Positions 1-12,843 of a stretch of 64,000 nt of DNA are shown here, in pieces. The DNA is from Lama glama (lineage: Eukaryota). Made by a program: the position numbers and the translations under genes. The DNA lies in assembly GCA_028534125.1 (NCBI GenBank), contig CM052817.1, positions 806,001 through 870,000 on the forward strand, in the 5' to 3' direction. How positions within the stretch are numbered: position 1 is the stretch's first letter; each line of letters begins with the position of its first letter. Below the pieces are notes generated by a model. That model was not told the DNA's origin. It made no database searches and saw nothing but the letters and a program-made list of their open reading frames with translations.

Positions 1-529
1 CTTGTGCACACACAGCAGTCAAGAACGTGCCCCCAGCCGACAACTACAGAATTAGAGATGAGACAATTCTGTACTGCTTTTCATCTTTGAAGTTCTTCCC
101 CCGCAAAACGTAATTTTTAAAAAATTGGCAAATGTGGGGAAACTCCTAGGCCCAAAGAATCCCTTCACTTAATAACCACCAGCAGACGATCCCTACACTG
201 AGTACGCCGTCACAAACTAAGCAGCCTAAATTAACACTAGTGATGACGCCTGTGTGAGCCCCAGAGCCAAAAGAAAAGACCTTTCACTTTTGAATCAAAA
301 CAGTACTCCTGATTGGCCGGACTGAACCCTAAATCTAAAATATGGCCGCTACCGATGCCTCCATCAAATCTGGTATTTCGATGAGTCAAGGAAAGGGGTA
401 AGGCGCCCCTCTTTCATAAGCATCAGAATCAAACTTCAGCTTAAACTTCACTTTATAAAGGGGCACATGCCGTCAACAATTAACCTGAAGCACCTACACT
501 GAGACGTAAGACAAAGAACAGGCACTTAC

Positions 530-611
530 GAAGTTATCCTGAGAGCTCGTCTGGGACTCAGAGCTGCTTTCTGCGGATTCAGTCTCCATCTCCCCAAGGT
601 CCACAGGGTGC
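530..611 (-). CDS. SLBP: SLBP exon 7; terminal exon lies beyond the left edge of the window
   Basis: (M)HPVDLGEMETESAESSSESQTSSQDNF; cacag| and TTC|gtaagt; 82 nt; exons 1-7 sum to 711 nt in frame. Confidence 0.94.
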
Positions 612-1339
612 CTGTGACGCGAAAACAGGCACGTCAGTGGCCCCTTAGCAGAGCCAGGGGACACGGCGCAGGAGGCTCTCCTGGCCTACTCACTGAAGAC
701 GAGCCCACCCCACCAGGCTGCCCCATGAGGAAACTGACAGTGTCGCCTCTGCTTCCCAAGGGACCCAACAGCTCTCACTGACTCCCCGTGTGCCAGGCCT
801 GCCCCTGCCAAGCAGCTCACAGAGGCAGAGCTGGTGGCAGTAACTGCAGAAACAGCCACCAGGCTCAGAGCACACAGCTATCCGCCAGCCCTAACCACGG
901 CCAGCTGTTCACACGCACCCACGAGCATCCTTGCAAAGAGAAGCATCAATTTGGGGAAGAAATGGACACTACAGCAAACCATATTACACATTACTAATTT
1001 TTCCAATTTCCTACTCAAAAAGAGGAAAGGACAATAGTGTAACTTCAGTAAAAAGTCAGTGTGATGTCTGTGAGGCCAACTGTCATGTAAAGCCATCGCT
1101 TCAAACATGCTAGTTTCTAATAAATTTCCCCCAGCATTTCAGAAACTCAAACATTTGAATGAATAAATGTGTCTCCGAGAGAGACAGAGGCTTCGGTCAG
1201 AAGGGAGCCGAGAAGAGAAGCCACACAGACCAGTCTCTCCACCTCCTGCTCAACTGGCACCCTGACAACCTGGCACAAATCCAGGCCTGACTCCTTTCCA
1301 ACTAGACACAGCTTAAAAAGATAAAAGCCTTCTTTAGCT

Positions 1340-1380
1340 AAAAAAACAAAAACAAAAACAAAAACAAAAACAAAAAAACA
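1340..1380 (+). repeat. (CAAAAA)n A-rich microsatellite
   Basis: aaaaaaacaaaaacaaaaacaaaaacaaaaacaaaaaaaca seen directly. Confidence 0.95.
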
Positions 1381-1404
1381 CTTTACTTGCTGTAATGGAA
1401 ACAA

Positions 1405-1511
1405 ATCTGAAAAAACATGTATGAATATGTATAACTGATTCACTTTGCTGTACACATGAAACTAACGTTGTCAGTCAACTACACTTCAATAAAAAATAAG
1501 AATTAAAAAAA
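1405..1511 (+). mobile_element. LINE-1 3' end fragment with AATAAA and A-rich tail
   Basis: tatgtataactgattcactttgctgtacac..gaaactaac..ttgt..tcaactacacttcaataaaaa is the characteristic laurasiatherian/artiodactyl L1 3' terminus (recognised from memory). Confidence 0.8.
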
Positions 1512-1856
1512 GACCTTTCATTTCAATAGCTCACCATGAATTACCCATATGCTTTTCAAAATTGTTATCTTAGAAACAAACAAAAACCCACATGTCTAGG
1601 TTTACTGACACCTATTTTTCCTAGCCACAAAAAGTGAATTAAACCCAGGAGGTACATTCCCTTCCAGCCCTCAAAGCCCACCCATGTGGCTTTACACACT
1701 GGTGCACAGAACACACACATGAAGGGGACCACTGGCTGCTCTGCTCCCTCAGGACCTCCAGGCAGATGTAATACAATCCGCCACACAGGGGACGGAGCTA
1801 CTGCAGTCACTGGATGAATCGCAGAAACAGAGGACAAGAATACAGTAAAGACATAC

Positions 1857-2006
1857 ATTTCTTGCAAATCACATCCTTCTTCAGCTGGAGGATCCCAAAA
1901 ATGCAGAGCCACCTTCCAGAGTTTGATCTGCTGGTCCCACGACCGCCGACTGTACTTCTTGAACTTGTTGGGGGTCTTGGGATGAATGCCGGGCTGTCGA
2001 AGGTGT
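1857..2006 (-). CDS. SLBP: SLBP exon 6 (RNA-binding domain, TPNK motif)
   Basis: [49 protein letters not shown]; tag| acceptor, AT|gtatgt donor; 150 nt. Confidence 0.97.
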
Positions 2007-2806
2007 CTACCAGGAGAGAAGATTACCCTAGCACGCGCCACTCACATCGGCACCTCAGCTTAAAGATTAACCAAACTGAGATTATGGCTGTTAAAAAAAC
2101 AATACATCAGGAGCCTCTGCAACTCAGCAGCCTCTGTGCAGCCCCCCTGGTGTCAGGGCTTCTGCCTGAAGCCTCTCTCTGCAGTCACCAGGCGGCTTTT
2201 TAACCATTCTGAAGCCTTCTCCCAAGCTCTGGACCAAATGCAAACAATAAAGCTTTTTGCAGGAAACAAACAAAAAACTATAGATCAACTTAGAGTATAC
2301 AAAGTGAGCAAAGAAATGTATAAAAAAGCACTACCTCTGACTCTGCTACTCCTCTGCAATTCCCAAGAAAAATGTATCTGAACCTCAACCCTGCCAAGGA
2401 GCTGACGCGCTCTCCAAAGCTCTCTGCATCCTCGAGAGTGGCAGAGCATGCTGCTTACACAAAAGGGGCGATGCTTCTGTTTTGCTCCAGCAAGATCTTT
2501 ACAGTCTGTAACTTGAACCTTTTTCCTGTCGTGTATTTTAAGCTTTACATTTGTAAGACAGCTATGAGTCCTAAGAAACAAAATACCATTTAATATTCTA
2601 AATCATGAAAACGCTATTTCTTTTATCTGCATGTCCTTGGTTTTTCAGCCACCAATCTATTCTTTATTTATGTAAGTGCCTAAAAGTCATCAACAGTATA
2701 GTTCTTGGCAGATGTCAACTACACCCAGAATCAGATTTACCTCCCAAGCAACTCTGGGTGGCAGTGCCACTCGACCTGACTGGGACGTGCCGGTGGAAGG
2801 AGCCTA

Positions 2807-3067
<261 letters not shown>

Positions 3068-3232
3068 TCATTACATATATTGGAATTTCGTACACAATAT
3101 ATACATATTTCAAATCAGGGAAAAATAGAAAATCAACAAATGCTACTGAGACACTCAACATCTCACGTTCACAATTTCTTTCATTAATAAATCACAGGTC
3201 TAGCAAGTCAGTAAATAATTCACAGCATTTAC

Positions 3233-3292
3233 CTTCCTGATGATGATTTTCTCTCTCTTCCAAAGTCATTTATAAGGAGTTTCCTTTTATAT
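3233..3292 (-). CDS. SLBP: SLBP exon 4 (KRKL cyclin-binding motif)
   Basis: [19 protein letters not shown](S); ttcag| and AG|gtaaat; 60 nt; too short for the ORF track. Confidence 0.96.
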
Positions 3293-3994
3293 CTGAAAGC
3301 AAAGTAAACGTTTCTGTTTTTAAAAAGGTATAAAATTCACACAGTGCTTTCAGAGCTGAAAGACAGCCACCCAGAACAAAGCCTCCCTTGAGGTGTGTGG
3401 TAAGTGGATGAAAGTAACAGTATATGGTCTCTTATTTTCAACCTCCTTCAATCACCTTCTCTGATGAGGAGATAAAGACTATTTGCTAAGAACACGTGAA
3501 GTGCTTAAGCGTCCAGGTTCTGAAAGAAAACTACATGCACCGCTGGACACAAGGAGAGAGTCTCTAGGCCAAAGAAACCCCTAATGGCTTCAGTTTAAGT
3601 ACCAAGACCCAAATAACATAGACGTTTACATCCCCCTAACCCTGAAGCCTTTAGGGAAAAAATGAAGGTTAGCTGAAATGAAGTTTTTATTTTTATACTA
3701 CAATTACTGCTGAGACATGTGTGCCTGTTGGGCACTGCTCACCTTCTCTGATCCTGCAGAGATTGAACCGCCCACCCATTCCTCGTGAATTCAAGGCATT
3801 TGCTTTCTATCATAGCAACTATCAAAACCCAGCTCTGCAAAGGCATGTCACCAAAAAAAGTGCAGCGCAATGTAACACTGAAATCATGACCCACCTCTAG
3901 CTGGAGGTTCATGCTGGTGTCTCAAAGATGTCACACATCACTCTGCTTCCTTCCAAATGTATAACTCTCCACCCCTCCCAAGTTTGCTGTGGCA

Positions 3995-4129
3995 TCCCAG
4001 TGGAGTTTGGACACCAGGCTATAACTGAGGTTTCCCAGTGGAGTTTAGACACCAGGATATCACTGAGGTTTCCCAGTGGAGTTTAGACACCAGAATACAA
4101 CTGAGGTTTCCCAGTAGAGTCTGGACACC
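3995..4129. repeat. 38-bp minisatellite, ~3.5 copies, in SLBP intron 3
   Basis: Unit cccagtggagtttagacaccaggatatcactgaggttt starts at 3996, 4034, 4072, 4110. Confidence 0.95.
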
Positions 4130-5436
4130 TTCTGCGTATCTAGAATGGCACAATCGTAGACCGCCCTCCGAGAACAGGGAAACTAGTCCCTCAGGTAATT
4201 TTTCGTAGGGCTCCACTCGTTCTGGAACCCGAGTTGAAAAGACTGCCTTCAGGTATGCCAAAACCCAGTTTCAAATTTTCAGACAGCTAGTATGCGGTGT
4301 CAGCCTCCTTGAAGTATAGTGAGCTGAATTCTCATTCCCCCAGCCCCTTCCTGGTAGGAAGTAATGCAGACCACCATCATCAAAAGCTCATATCACCAGG
4401 GTCTTACGAAAAGTGGCAGCTTTCCATCAGAAAGGATGTGATCCACAGAGTGGTCCCCAACAGTGCTCTGGACAAGAACAGACCCATTCTGCAAAGTATG
4501 ACAATTTTCAGAGACAGGCCTATGAGACAACTGAGGAACAAAGGAGGGTCAGGACAGAGAGAGGTCTCCCTGCAGAGCACAGAAGCTGCAGACAGTCCCA
4601 AGCAGGGGTGACAGTGGGGGTCCAGACACACGAGTACATTACGTGACTTGTTATAAGCCTTGCAAGCAGAGCACAGAAGCAGCAGAGACCAAGTTAGTCT
4701 AACTTTCCAGCTGGGAAAGTCGAGATCTACATGAACACAACCACGCCTTCAAAACATGGGAGCCCACCACTGTCGACGCCCACCTCACTTCCCACCCAGT
4801 CACACCAACGACCTGGCCCTCGTCACACACTTCCATGTCTGAAAGGAATTAAGTGGCCCTGAAGCGGTCACAACCAGCCCCTGGGCGCTCCCAAAGGAGA
4901 CACCTAGAACACTACTGAGCACTGCATGTGGAGGAAGGCCTGGCCCGTTTCCCTCCTGACACTGAGGACACATCTTCTCATCAGCATTAACTTCAACTCA
5001 CCCCGAGCGACAGCATTTTAACTCAAGGTTCACTCACTGGGTTGGATGGCATGTGTCCAAAGGCAGAAAAGCCTCACAACACTAGTGAGGGCACAACCCA
5101 GGGAGGCAAGCAGCTGTTAGGGAGCTGGGTGGGAAAGCACAGCGGAAGAGGTGGTGGCTTGGCGCTGAACGTGCATACACACAACAATTCTGTGTACGAC
5201 TGCAAAGGGTCTGCAGGTCCCAAGTTAGGGACCCCTCCCTGCACTCTGGCATTTCTCAGTTGTTACCTGAGCCAAGTGTCAGTCAAAAGAGTGCACTTCG
5301 TATGTGAGGAGAGCACATCCAGGCATGCTGCTGGGAAGGGAGCACCCAGTGTGGCAGGGCACACGGCAGTCCTCTGGGAGCCAGCAGTACCTACCACCTC
5401 ACACCCGCTGTGATCCCAGAAGGACTGCCACTAAGA

Positions 5437-5615
5437 CAGCGGTCCTCCACCTTCAGTGAGCGGATTCATCTGAAGGGCGCAAGACATGGCTGGGCCCAAT
5501 CCAGTGTCTATCCAGCAGGCCTGGGGTGCAACCTGAAAATCTGCATTTCTAACAAGTTCCCAGAAGCTGCGGATGTTACTGGTCTGGCGCCCACCAGGCT
5601 TCTAAGAACCGCCAT
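5437..5615. mobile_element. MER5A-like hAT-Charlie DNA transposon remnant
   Basis: ctgggg...cctgaaaatctgcatttctaacaagttccca...gatgttactggtc...agaaccgc; terminal cagcggt/accgc. Confidence 0.8.
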
Positions 5616-5691
5616 TCAAAGACATACCTCGAATTTAACATATAATTAAAAACACCACAGGTAACATTTCACAGTGGCCTGAAACAGATAC

Positions 5692-5796
5692 CTTGCAATT
5701 TCTTTGTTAACTCTGGTCCTCATTTCATCTTCTTCAACGGCACTTGCCCAGTCTGAACATCTAGAACGGGGCTTAGGGCCTTCAGGAGTGGTAAAA
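5692..5796 (-). CDS. SLBP: SLBP exon 3 (SFTTP phosphodegron, translation-activation DW motif)
   Basis: [34 protein letters not shown](R); ttgcag| acceptor, AG|gtatc donor; 105 nt. Confidence 0.97.
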
Positions 5797-7429
5797 CTGC
5801 AACAAAATGAAAATACACGTTTGAACCATGATGCAACCTTCAGTTTCCTTTCCAAGTGTACATGAGGAAGTGTTCCAAGACTGTGGAGAGTGCCAAGAAA
5901 ACGGGCTCCAGGGTAGCCTCTGCTCCGTAACTTACCTGCTCACTGATTCTGGTTAGTTCGCTTAACGCCGCTCTGGGCTCTGTTCATTAAGCAGCTTCTG
6001 CGCACTCACCACATGCCCGTGTTGGCTAAGGCATTTAGACACAGCCCACCGTGGGGAAAGGTGACAGGCAGCTGGACCACCAGCCTGAGAAGTACCCCCA
6101 CCCAGCACAACTTCTTTTTCTTGCAAAACACGAGTTCTTTTCCAGGACATTAAAAAAGTTTCAGATAATACATTCTTCGTGCTAAGCCAAGTGACCAGCA
6201 CAGAAGAGGTACTGAATAAACGTGGCTACCACCTACTTCCAGGAGCACACGCACATCACATAATTAAAAGAGGAGTAAGAACCTACTTCAGAGTCCTTAC
6301 GGCACTGGGACTTAGTCTACTAGTAAAGGTGCCCCCAAAGTTGGGTTAATTTTAGTTTAGGAGCTCACTTTATCTAGAGCTCAAGGAAATCTTTAGTCAG
6401 GTTCAGGCAATTTGAAAACAGGGCTTCATGCCAAGAATTCTGGCAGTCAGAAGTGTCAGTATATCTGTTACTTATAGATTAGATGTCAACTTGCATTTTC
6501 ACTTTTCCTCGTCAATTGTCTATTACCCACCACTGGTGTATCCAAAGCAGAAACTAACTTCAGCTGCAACAATAAACAACCTAATACTTCCAGTTGAAAA
6601 CCCAATGGCGTGTCTGAAAATGCAACAGCAATAACAAACAGTCCCTTTCAATAATGATCTTTTCTTCCCTCATAGTTACCCCACCCAGAGAAACTCAATT
6701 TGGATTTCTAAAATAAATTTCCAGTCTAAATACGGTTAGCAGGGCCTGAAATCAAATGAATGAACCAAACAGTAAAATGACTCCATGACTGTGTCATAGA
6801 CACAGCGAGAACCAAGTGGAGGCTCATCCAGAGTTCGACATCAACTACCTCAGGAGTGTATGAAGACATCCAGGTCCAGGTTCCAGCCACGACATTCATG
6901 AACTTTTAAAAAATGCTTACAAATGACCTTCCTCTACATCTCACGTTTTAGTAGTATGACAGAAACTACCTTAGTGGAACTAAAATCCATTTTTTAAGTT
7001 AGGCAAATCATACTCACCAACTCACCCCATCCTAGGACAAGAATGATGTTGGGAAAAGTGCTCAAATGGAAAACAAAGCCTCGACACATCCTGCTAACTT
7101 CCCTCCAAAGGGATCACCTCTGCCCCTGTGGAGACACAGCTGGCTCTCCCCACTCATCACCACAGGGGACCGAGGGGACAGGACATAATGCAGTGCAGAG
7201 GGCTAGGACGGGAACACTCCTGCCCAGTCAAGATAAGGAGGCCGCGTGGCTGACTTGAGCCCGAAGAGTACCCGAGGGATACAAAGGAGTTTTCAAGTAA
7301 TGTGAGGATTTAATGTTGCATCGTCAGCTAGAAGAGAAACCACCGGAGGAATCAGAGCTTGATCCAAAGGTAACACTGGATAACCTGCCCTTCACTTCCA
7401 GGCTCATGGGGCCTCTCCCACACTCGCAT

Positions 7430-7930
7430 CTTTTTCCCAGGTAATCTCTGTCCCACGTCTTTAAGTCGTCACATGTGACGATGACTCAAGTCTGCGCCTC
7501 CCCGTCCAGACTGAGGTCCCACCACCTTCTCAGCACCTTCTCTTAATCACCTAAGCTTCCTAAGCAGAACCACTGACTCCTTCCCCAAGAGGTCGGCTCC
7601 ACTCCTATCCTCTTCATCTTGGCAAATGGTTCCAGAAGCAACAAAGGTCTTCAGGCCTAAAAACCAGTCACCCTTAACCTTTCTCTGCACCTGCCCTATC
7701 CCGTCAGCAGGTACTGAGTCCCGCCTTCCGAAGTCTACCCTGAACCACACATTTCTCACCACCTCCACTGCTCCATCTCTCATGCCCCCTTTCACGCCAA
7801 CTTAGCAGGTGCCCCTCCTCGTTGAGCTCCTCTAGTCAGTCCTTCAACAGGCCGGATGCGCCCCCCAGGACCCAGGCAGATGGATCTTCAAGGGACCACC
7901 TCCCATTTCATCCCAGCCATCACACAAAGG
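7430..7930 (+). mobile_element. Degenerate LINE-2 fragment
   Basis: ttcatcttggcaaatgg..caggcctaaaaaccagtcaccctt..tttctcaccacctccactgct resembles L2 3' region; boundaries approximate. Confidence 0.55.
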
Positions 7931-8320
7931 TTCCTCAACAGAGCCCTTCCCTGAGCACCCGCGGGGCTGCCCAGCACCCTGGCGTTCACCACCGGCTGGC
8001 CGCCTCGTTTTCTGCAGCCCCTCCTCGTCCCCTGAAACACCCCGCCTGACCTGCCTACCCCCGCCTCAAGGGACCAGCACAACCAAAAAGGAACCTCGTC
8101 TGGCACGCCGTCCTGACGTCCCCAGCGCGCTGCCCAGCCTGGAGAGCGCTCGCCTGAGACACGGAGAACCACCAGTGCGGCCAGAGGCTCGTCAGAGGGC
8201 AGGGCCCCCAGGAGCAGCCGGGCGGAAGGAGGGGCCTGCGGCTTCGGGCTCGGCGCGCAACCTGCGCCCACCGCTTGTGACTCCGGGCTGACACCTAACT
8301 TCCCTGAGTGGGTTCTTTCA

Positions 8321-8914
<594 letters not shown>

Positions 8915-10174
8915 CTAGGCCCGGGCGGGAGCGGCGATCTCGCGGCCCCGCACGCTGCCGTCTGGCAGGCGGAGAGGAGCCGCCGGGTTGACCGAGACGA
9001 GGTTCCAGAAAAAGCTTGGCCCCTGCGGCATGGACGCGGCCGGGCCGCCGCGACCCTCGGACGCTGATTGGCCACGCCTTCGCGGGCGGGGGTGGGTAAT
9101 GGCGGGAGATTCGGGCGAGGGCGAGGCGGGCGCGCCCGGGAGCAAGCGACGCGTCTCCAACTGGCCCGTCCCGGCTAGGGGCGGTCTCCGATTGGTCGGT
9201 TCGGCAAGGGCGGCCTCTGATTGGCCGGCACAGGGAGGGGCAGCGTCGGCGCTAGCGGGAACCGGAAACCCGGAAGGGGTGCCCGCAGGGCGGAGTCGGG
9301 CTGCAGTCTTCAGCCACCGAAGTCTGCGCAGGAACTCGCTGCCGGCGTCTGATGCTCAGCCCCGCGATCCCCCGTCACTTCTCAGCCCTGAGCACGGCTC
9401 ACTTCTGCCGCTTTCAGCGCCACCTCCCGCGCTAACTCCCTGCCTCCGCGGGCCCTCCGGGACCCCCACCCGGTTCCCAAACCGGCGGGGCCTCAGCCCA
9501 GCCTCCTTGCGTTAAGTGCTGATGCTGTGTGCCAAACACAACAACGACAAAACCAAGGTAAAGGGAACGGCCCAAGAGGAAAGAAAAGTCAAAGACACTT
9601 GGGATGTAGAAAATTCTAGTCCACCTGTGCTTTTTTTCATGGGTTGCGCGTAGTGCTTTCTAAATACATTCGCGGTCTAGCCGCGATATAAGGGAGCAGG
9701 AAGCACGTGCTGTCGAGGAGCTCCCCAACACAAGCCGCCGTCCTGAGCCACCCAGGCACCCCACCAAACAGCAGAGAGCACCACCTTGGGCCACCGGGTC
9801 CCCCCACATGGGCCCTTGCATGCTGACCCCCTGACCCCCCAGGACCCTTCAACAAAGGTGCCCAGGACTTGGGCTTTTTGAGACCCTTGCGCCCCAGCTA
9901 GGAAATCAGAGGGGAAGACTCCTACAGTCGACCTCCTTTTTCGTCTTATTCTGAACAAAATGTGCACATTAAAGCTGCCACTTCTAGGAGGGCCTTCCCC
10001 CAACTGTTAACCAAAGAAAAAGCATTGCAATTAAGAAAATACATATAATGGTCATACTAACATTTTATTAAATAGCGTATCACTTCCCTACAATAGATTT
10101 ACCTTTATAAAACTAAGTAACTTCTTTCTGTAGAAAAAACTCCAGGCCTGGCTCTCCCTTGCCAGGGTTTGAAA

Positions 10175-10674
10175 NNNNNNNNNNNNNNNNNNNNNNNNNN
10201 NNNNNNNNNNNNNNNNNNNNNNNNNNNNNNNNNNNNNNNNNNNNNNNNNNNNNNNNNNNNNNNNNNNNNNNNNNNNNNNNNNNNNNNNNNNNNNNNNNNN
10301 NNNNNNNNNNNNNNNNNNNNNNNNNNNNNNNNNNNNNNNNNNNNNNNNNNNNNNNNNNNNNNNNNNNNNNNNNNNNNNNNNNNNNNNNNNNNNNNNNNNN
10401 NNNNNNNNNNNNNNNNNNNNNNNNNNNNNNNNNNNNNNNNNNNNNNNNNNNNNNNNNNNNNNNNNNNNNNNNNNNNNNNNNNNNNNNNNNNNNNNNNNNN
10501 NNNNNNNNNNNNNNNNNNNNNNNNNNNNNNNNNNNNNNNNNNNNNNNNNNNNNNNNNNNNNNNNNNNNNNNNNNNNNNNNNNNNNNNNNNNNNNNNNNNN
10601 NNNNNNNNNNNNNNNNNNNNNNNNNNNNNNNNNNNNNNNNNNNNNNNNNNNNNNNNNNNNNNNNNNNNNNNNNN
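10175..10674. other. Assembly gap (500 N)
   Basis: Run of exactly 500 N. Confidence 1.
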
Positions 10675-11128
10675 GCAGGGCTGGCGCTGGCTACGCGGAT
10701 GGTAAGCAGCTGCACAGGTAGATTCGAGTCTGGCGAGAGGTCATGCTGCTGGGATTCCGTCACAGTCAGGTGCACATCCTGCTGCTGGGCCACGTGCACA
10801 CGGTACGTGGTCACCTTCATCACCCATGTGTCCGTCACAATCACCCGGGCACCCGGAGCCCCCGTAGCAAATTTGTCAATCCTCCGGAACTCAGTGTTCA
10901 CGGAGGAAGCGACAGCTCGCCAGCCTGACTGCGGGAGGGCATAGAGGGCCAGGGTGCGGGCCAGGGGGTGGTGGGCCCACTGGTCCCGGGACCAGTAGTA
11001 GATAAGGGTGCAGGCAATGGTGGGCAGCAGCACCGCCAGCAGGAGGAAGACCCGCCAGATCTCCGGGGCCTGGCTGGGAAAGTAGAGCCGCTTTTCTGAG
11101 GCTGCGAAGCACATGCCCACGTAGTAGC
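10675..11128 (-). CDS. TMEM129: TMEM129 exon 2 (3' end truncated by the gap)
   Basis: ttgtag| acceptor; YYVGMCFAASEKRL...WSRDQWAHHPLARTLALYALPQSGWRAVASSVNTEFRRIDKFATGAPGARVIVTDTWVMKVTTY...LLTIRVASASP; phase matches exon 1. Confidence 0.95.
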
Positions 11129-12638
11129 CTACAAGGGACAGAGTAAGCCTCAGCAGGGGTGGGGGCTGCTAGGCTGTCATCCTCTCCAGGAGGTTCCCAC
11201 TGAGGTCCACAGGGCTATCCCTGTTGGGGGCGGGGGGGCTTCCTTTTGTCTCCATCCTTGGGCCAGGGCAAGGCCATGGTACCCTAGGGCAGGTGAGCCT
11301 CACCCGCCTCCACAACTGGTCCAACTCAGCCCTTACCCTGTCAGCAGAAAACATTTTTATCTTACTACTTCAGTTCCATACAAATAACACATGAGTACTG
11401 GGGAAAACCTACAAAAGCAAAAGTACAAGGCTCTCATGTCACCCAATGCAGAGTTGCCCACTGGCCCTCCTGGGGCCAGATCCAGGCCTCTGGATGCCAC
11501 CCACTCTTGAGGAGGCAGAAAAGGGCATGGCCATCCCAGAACCGGAACATCGTGTGCCAGTGAGCAAGGTATGACACAGGCATGTCACAAGGACATCAGG
11601 GGAGCCAGCTCCAGGACCCTGCTGGCCAGATGGGGGCCAATTTGCATGTCAATAACGAGGTAGACAATAACCCACAGCACAGGCTTGAAGTTGCAAAAAC
11701 AATAGCAAGCACTTTTGATCAAGCCAATACAATTTCTCTCGCCCCATAGCAATAGATAACAGGTCTATGAAGTTTCAAAGCTATTGCAAAACAAATTAAA
11801 AAAAGAAAAACTCCTTGTCTGACTCTAAGGCCAGGCTCCACCATTTCGTCCTCGTGTGGCCCAGGGAAGTCACTTGGCTCACTTCCCAGTTTCCCTGTCC
11901 TTCCATGGGATGGTGGTGGCCCAGCCCCCCTCAGGCTGGTGGGAGGCATGCAGTTAAGAGGTTCCAGAAACTTCGGAAATCCTTAGTTCCCAGGGCAGAA
12001 ACCCAATCCACAACCCTCAGGAGAACCCAAACTCTGAACCACACTTTCCTCCTGCGGGGTTTCCCTGCCTCACAGGGGAGCTAGGTGGAGCGACCTCACC
12101 ACGCAGGCTGTCTCTGTCCTGGCATGGGCTCTTCTCTGCCCTCCATCCCCATGAGGCAGGCAGCCCCCTGGCCTCAAGCCAGCCTCTCAAAGAGACCAGC
12201 TACACCTGAGTCACTACCCAGCACAGCCCCTGGCAACATCTGAGCATCCTGGCCACATACACACCTTCCCGGGTCTCTGCACCCGTGACACTTCCTACTG
12301 CCATCATGCTCTTTGTCTGTCCTTCCCGCATCCTCCTTCCAAGGACTGGGGCAGGCCACCAATGCTGGCATCAGTTAACTCACGTTCTTCTACAGGGAGC
12401 TGCCCCCCATGCGATAGCTCACAACTTGCCCCAGTGAGTGAAGCATCCCCTCGCGCAGGGTTCTGAGCCTGCCTTTCTGCCGCCTGCAAGAGGCCAGCTG
12501 CCGCCACTTCCCTCCAGCGCACTCCTGGGAGCACACGAGCTCACAGCCTAGGCTCTGACCCGGACGCCCTCCCCGGTCTCTTCTCGCTCTGAGGTCCCGG
12601 AGCTGGGCCTCGAGCGCCGCCCCGCCCACCGAGCTCAC

Positions 12639-12843
12639 CGAGCGGCAGCAGCGAGTGGCACAGCAGCGTGGCGGCCGTGCGGCGCAGGTGGTAGGGCACG
12701 AAGGCAGCGTCCTCGCTGCCCAGCCAGCCCGACAGCAGGTTCTGCACCGTGAGCCCGGCCGAGTGGAACTCGGTGGGAGTGAACACGAAGCACACGGCAA
12801 ATACCAGGTAGGCCAGCGTGAACGTAACCTCGGGGCTGTCCAT
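12639..12843 (-). CDS. TMEM129: TMEM129 (ER-membrane RING E3 ubiquitin ligase) coding exon 1
   Basis: MDSPEVTFTLAYLVFAVCFVFTPTEFHSAGLTVQNLLSGWLGSEDAAFVPYHLRRTAATLLCHSLLPL(G); donor G|gtgag; 205 nt. Confidence 0.96.

Noticed and set aside
3995-4129. Regularly spaced repeats resembling a CRISPR array
   Set aside because: Units are contiguous tandem copies with no unique spacers, inside a mammalian intron
10113-11120. 335-aa ORF spanning the N run
   Set aside because: Artefact of translating through the gap; only the TMEM129 exon 2 portion is real
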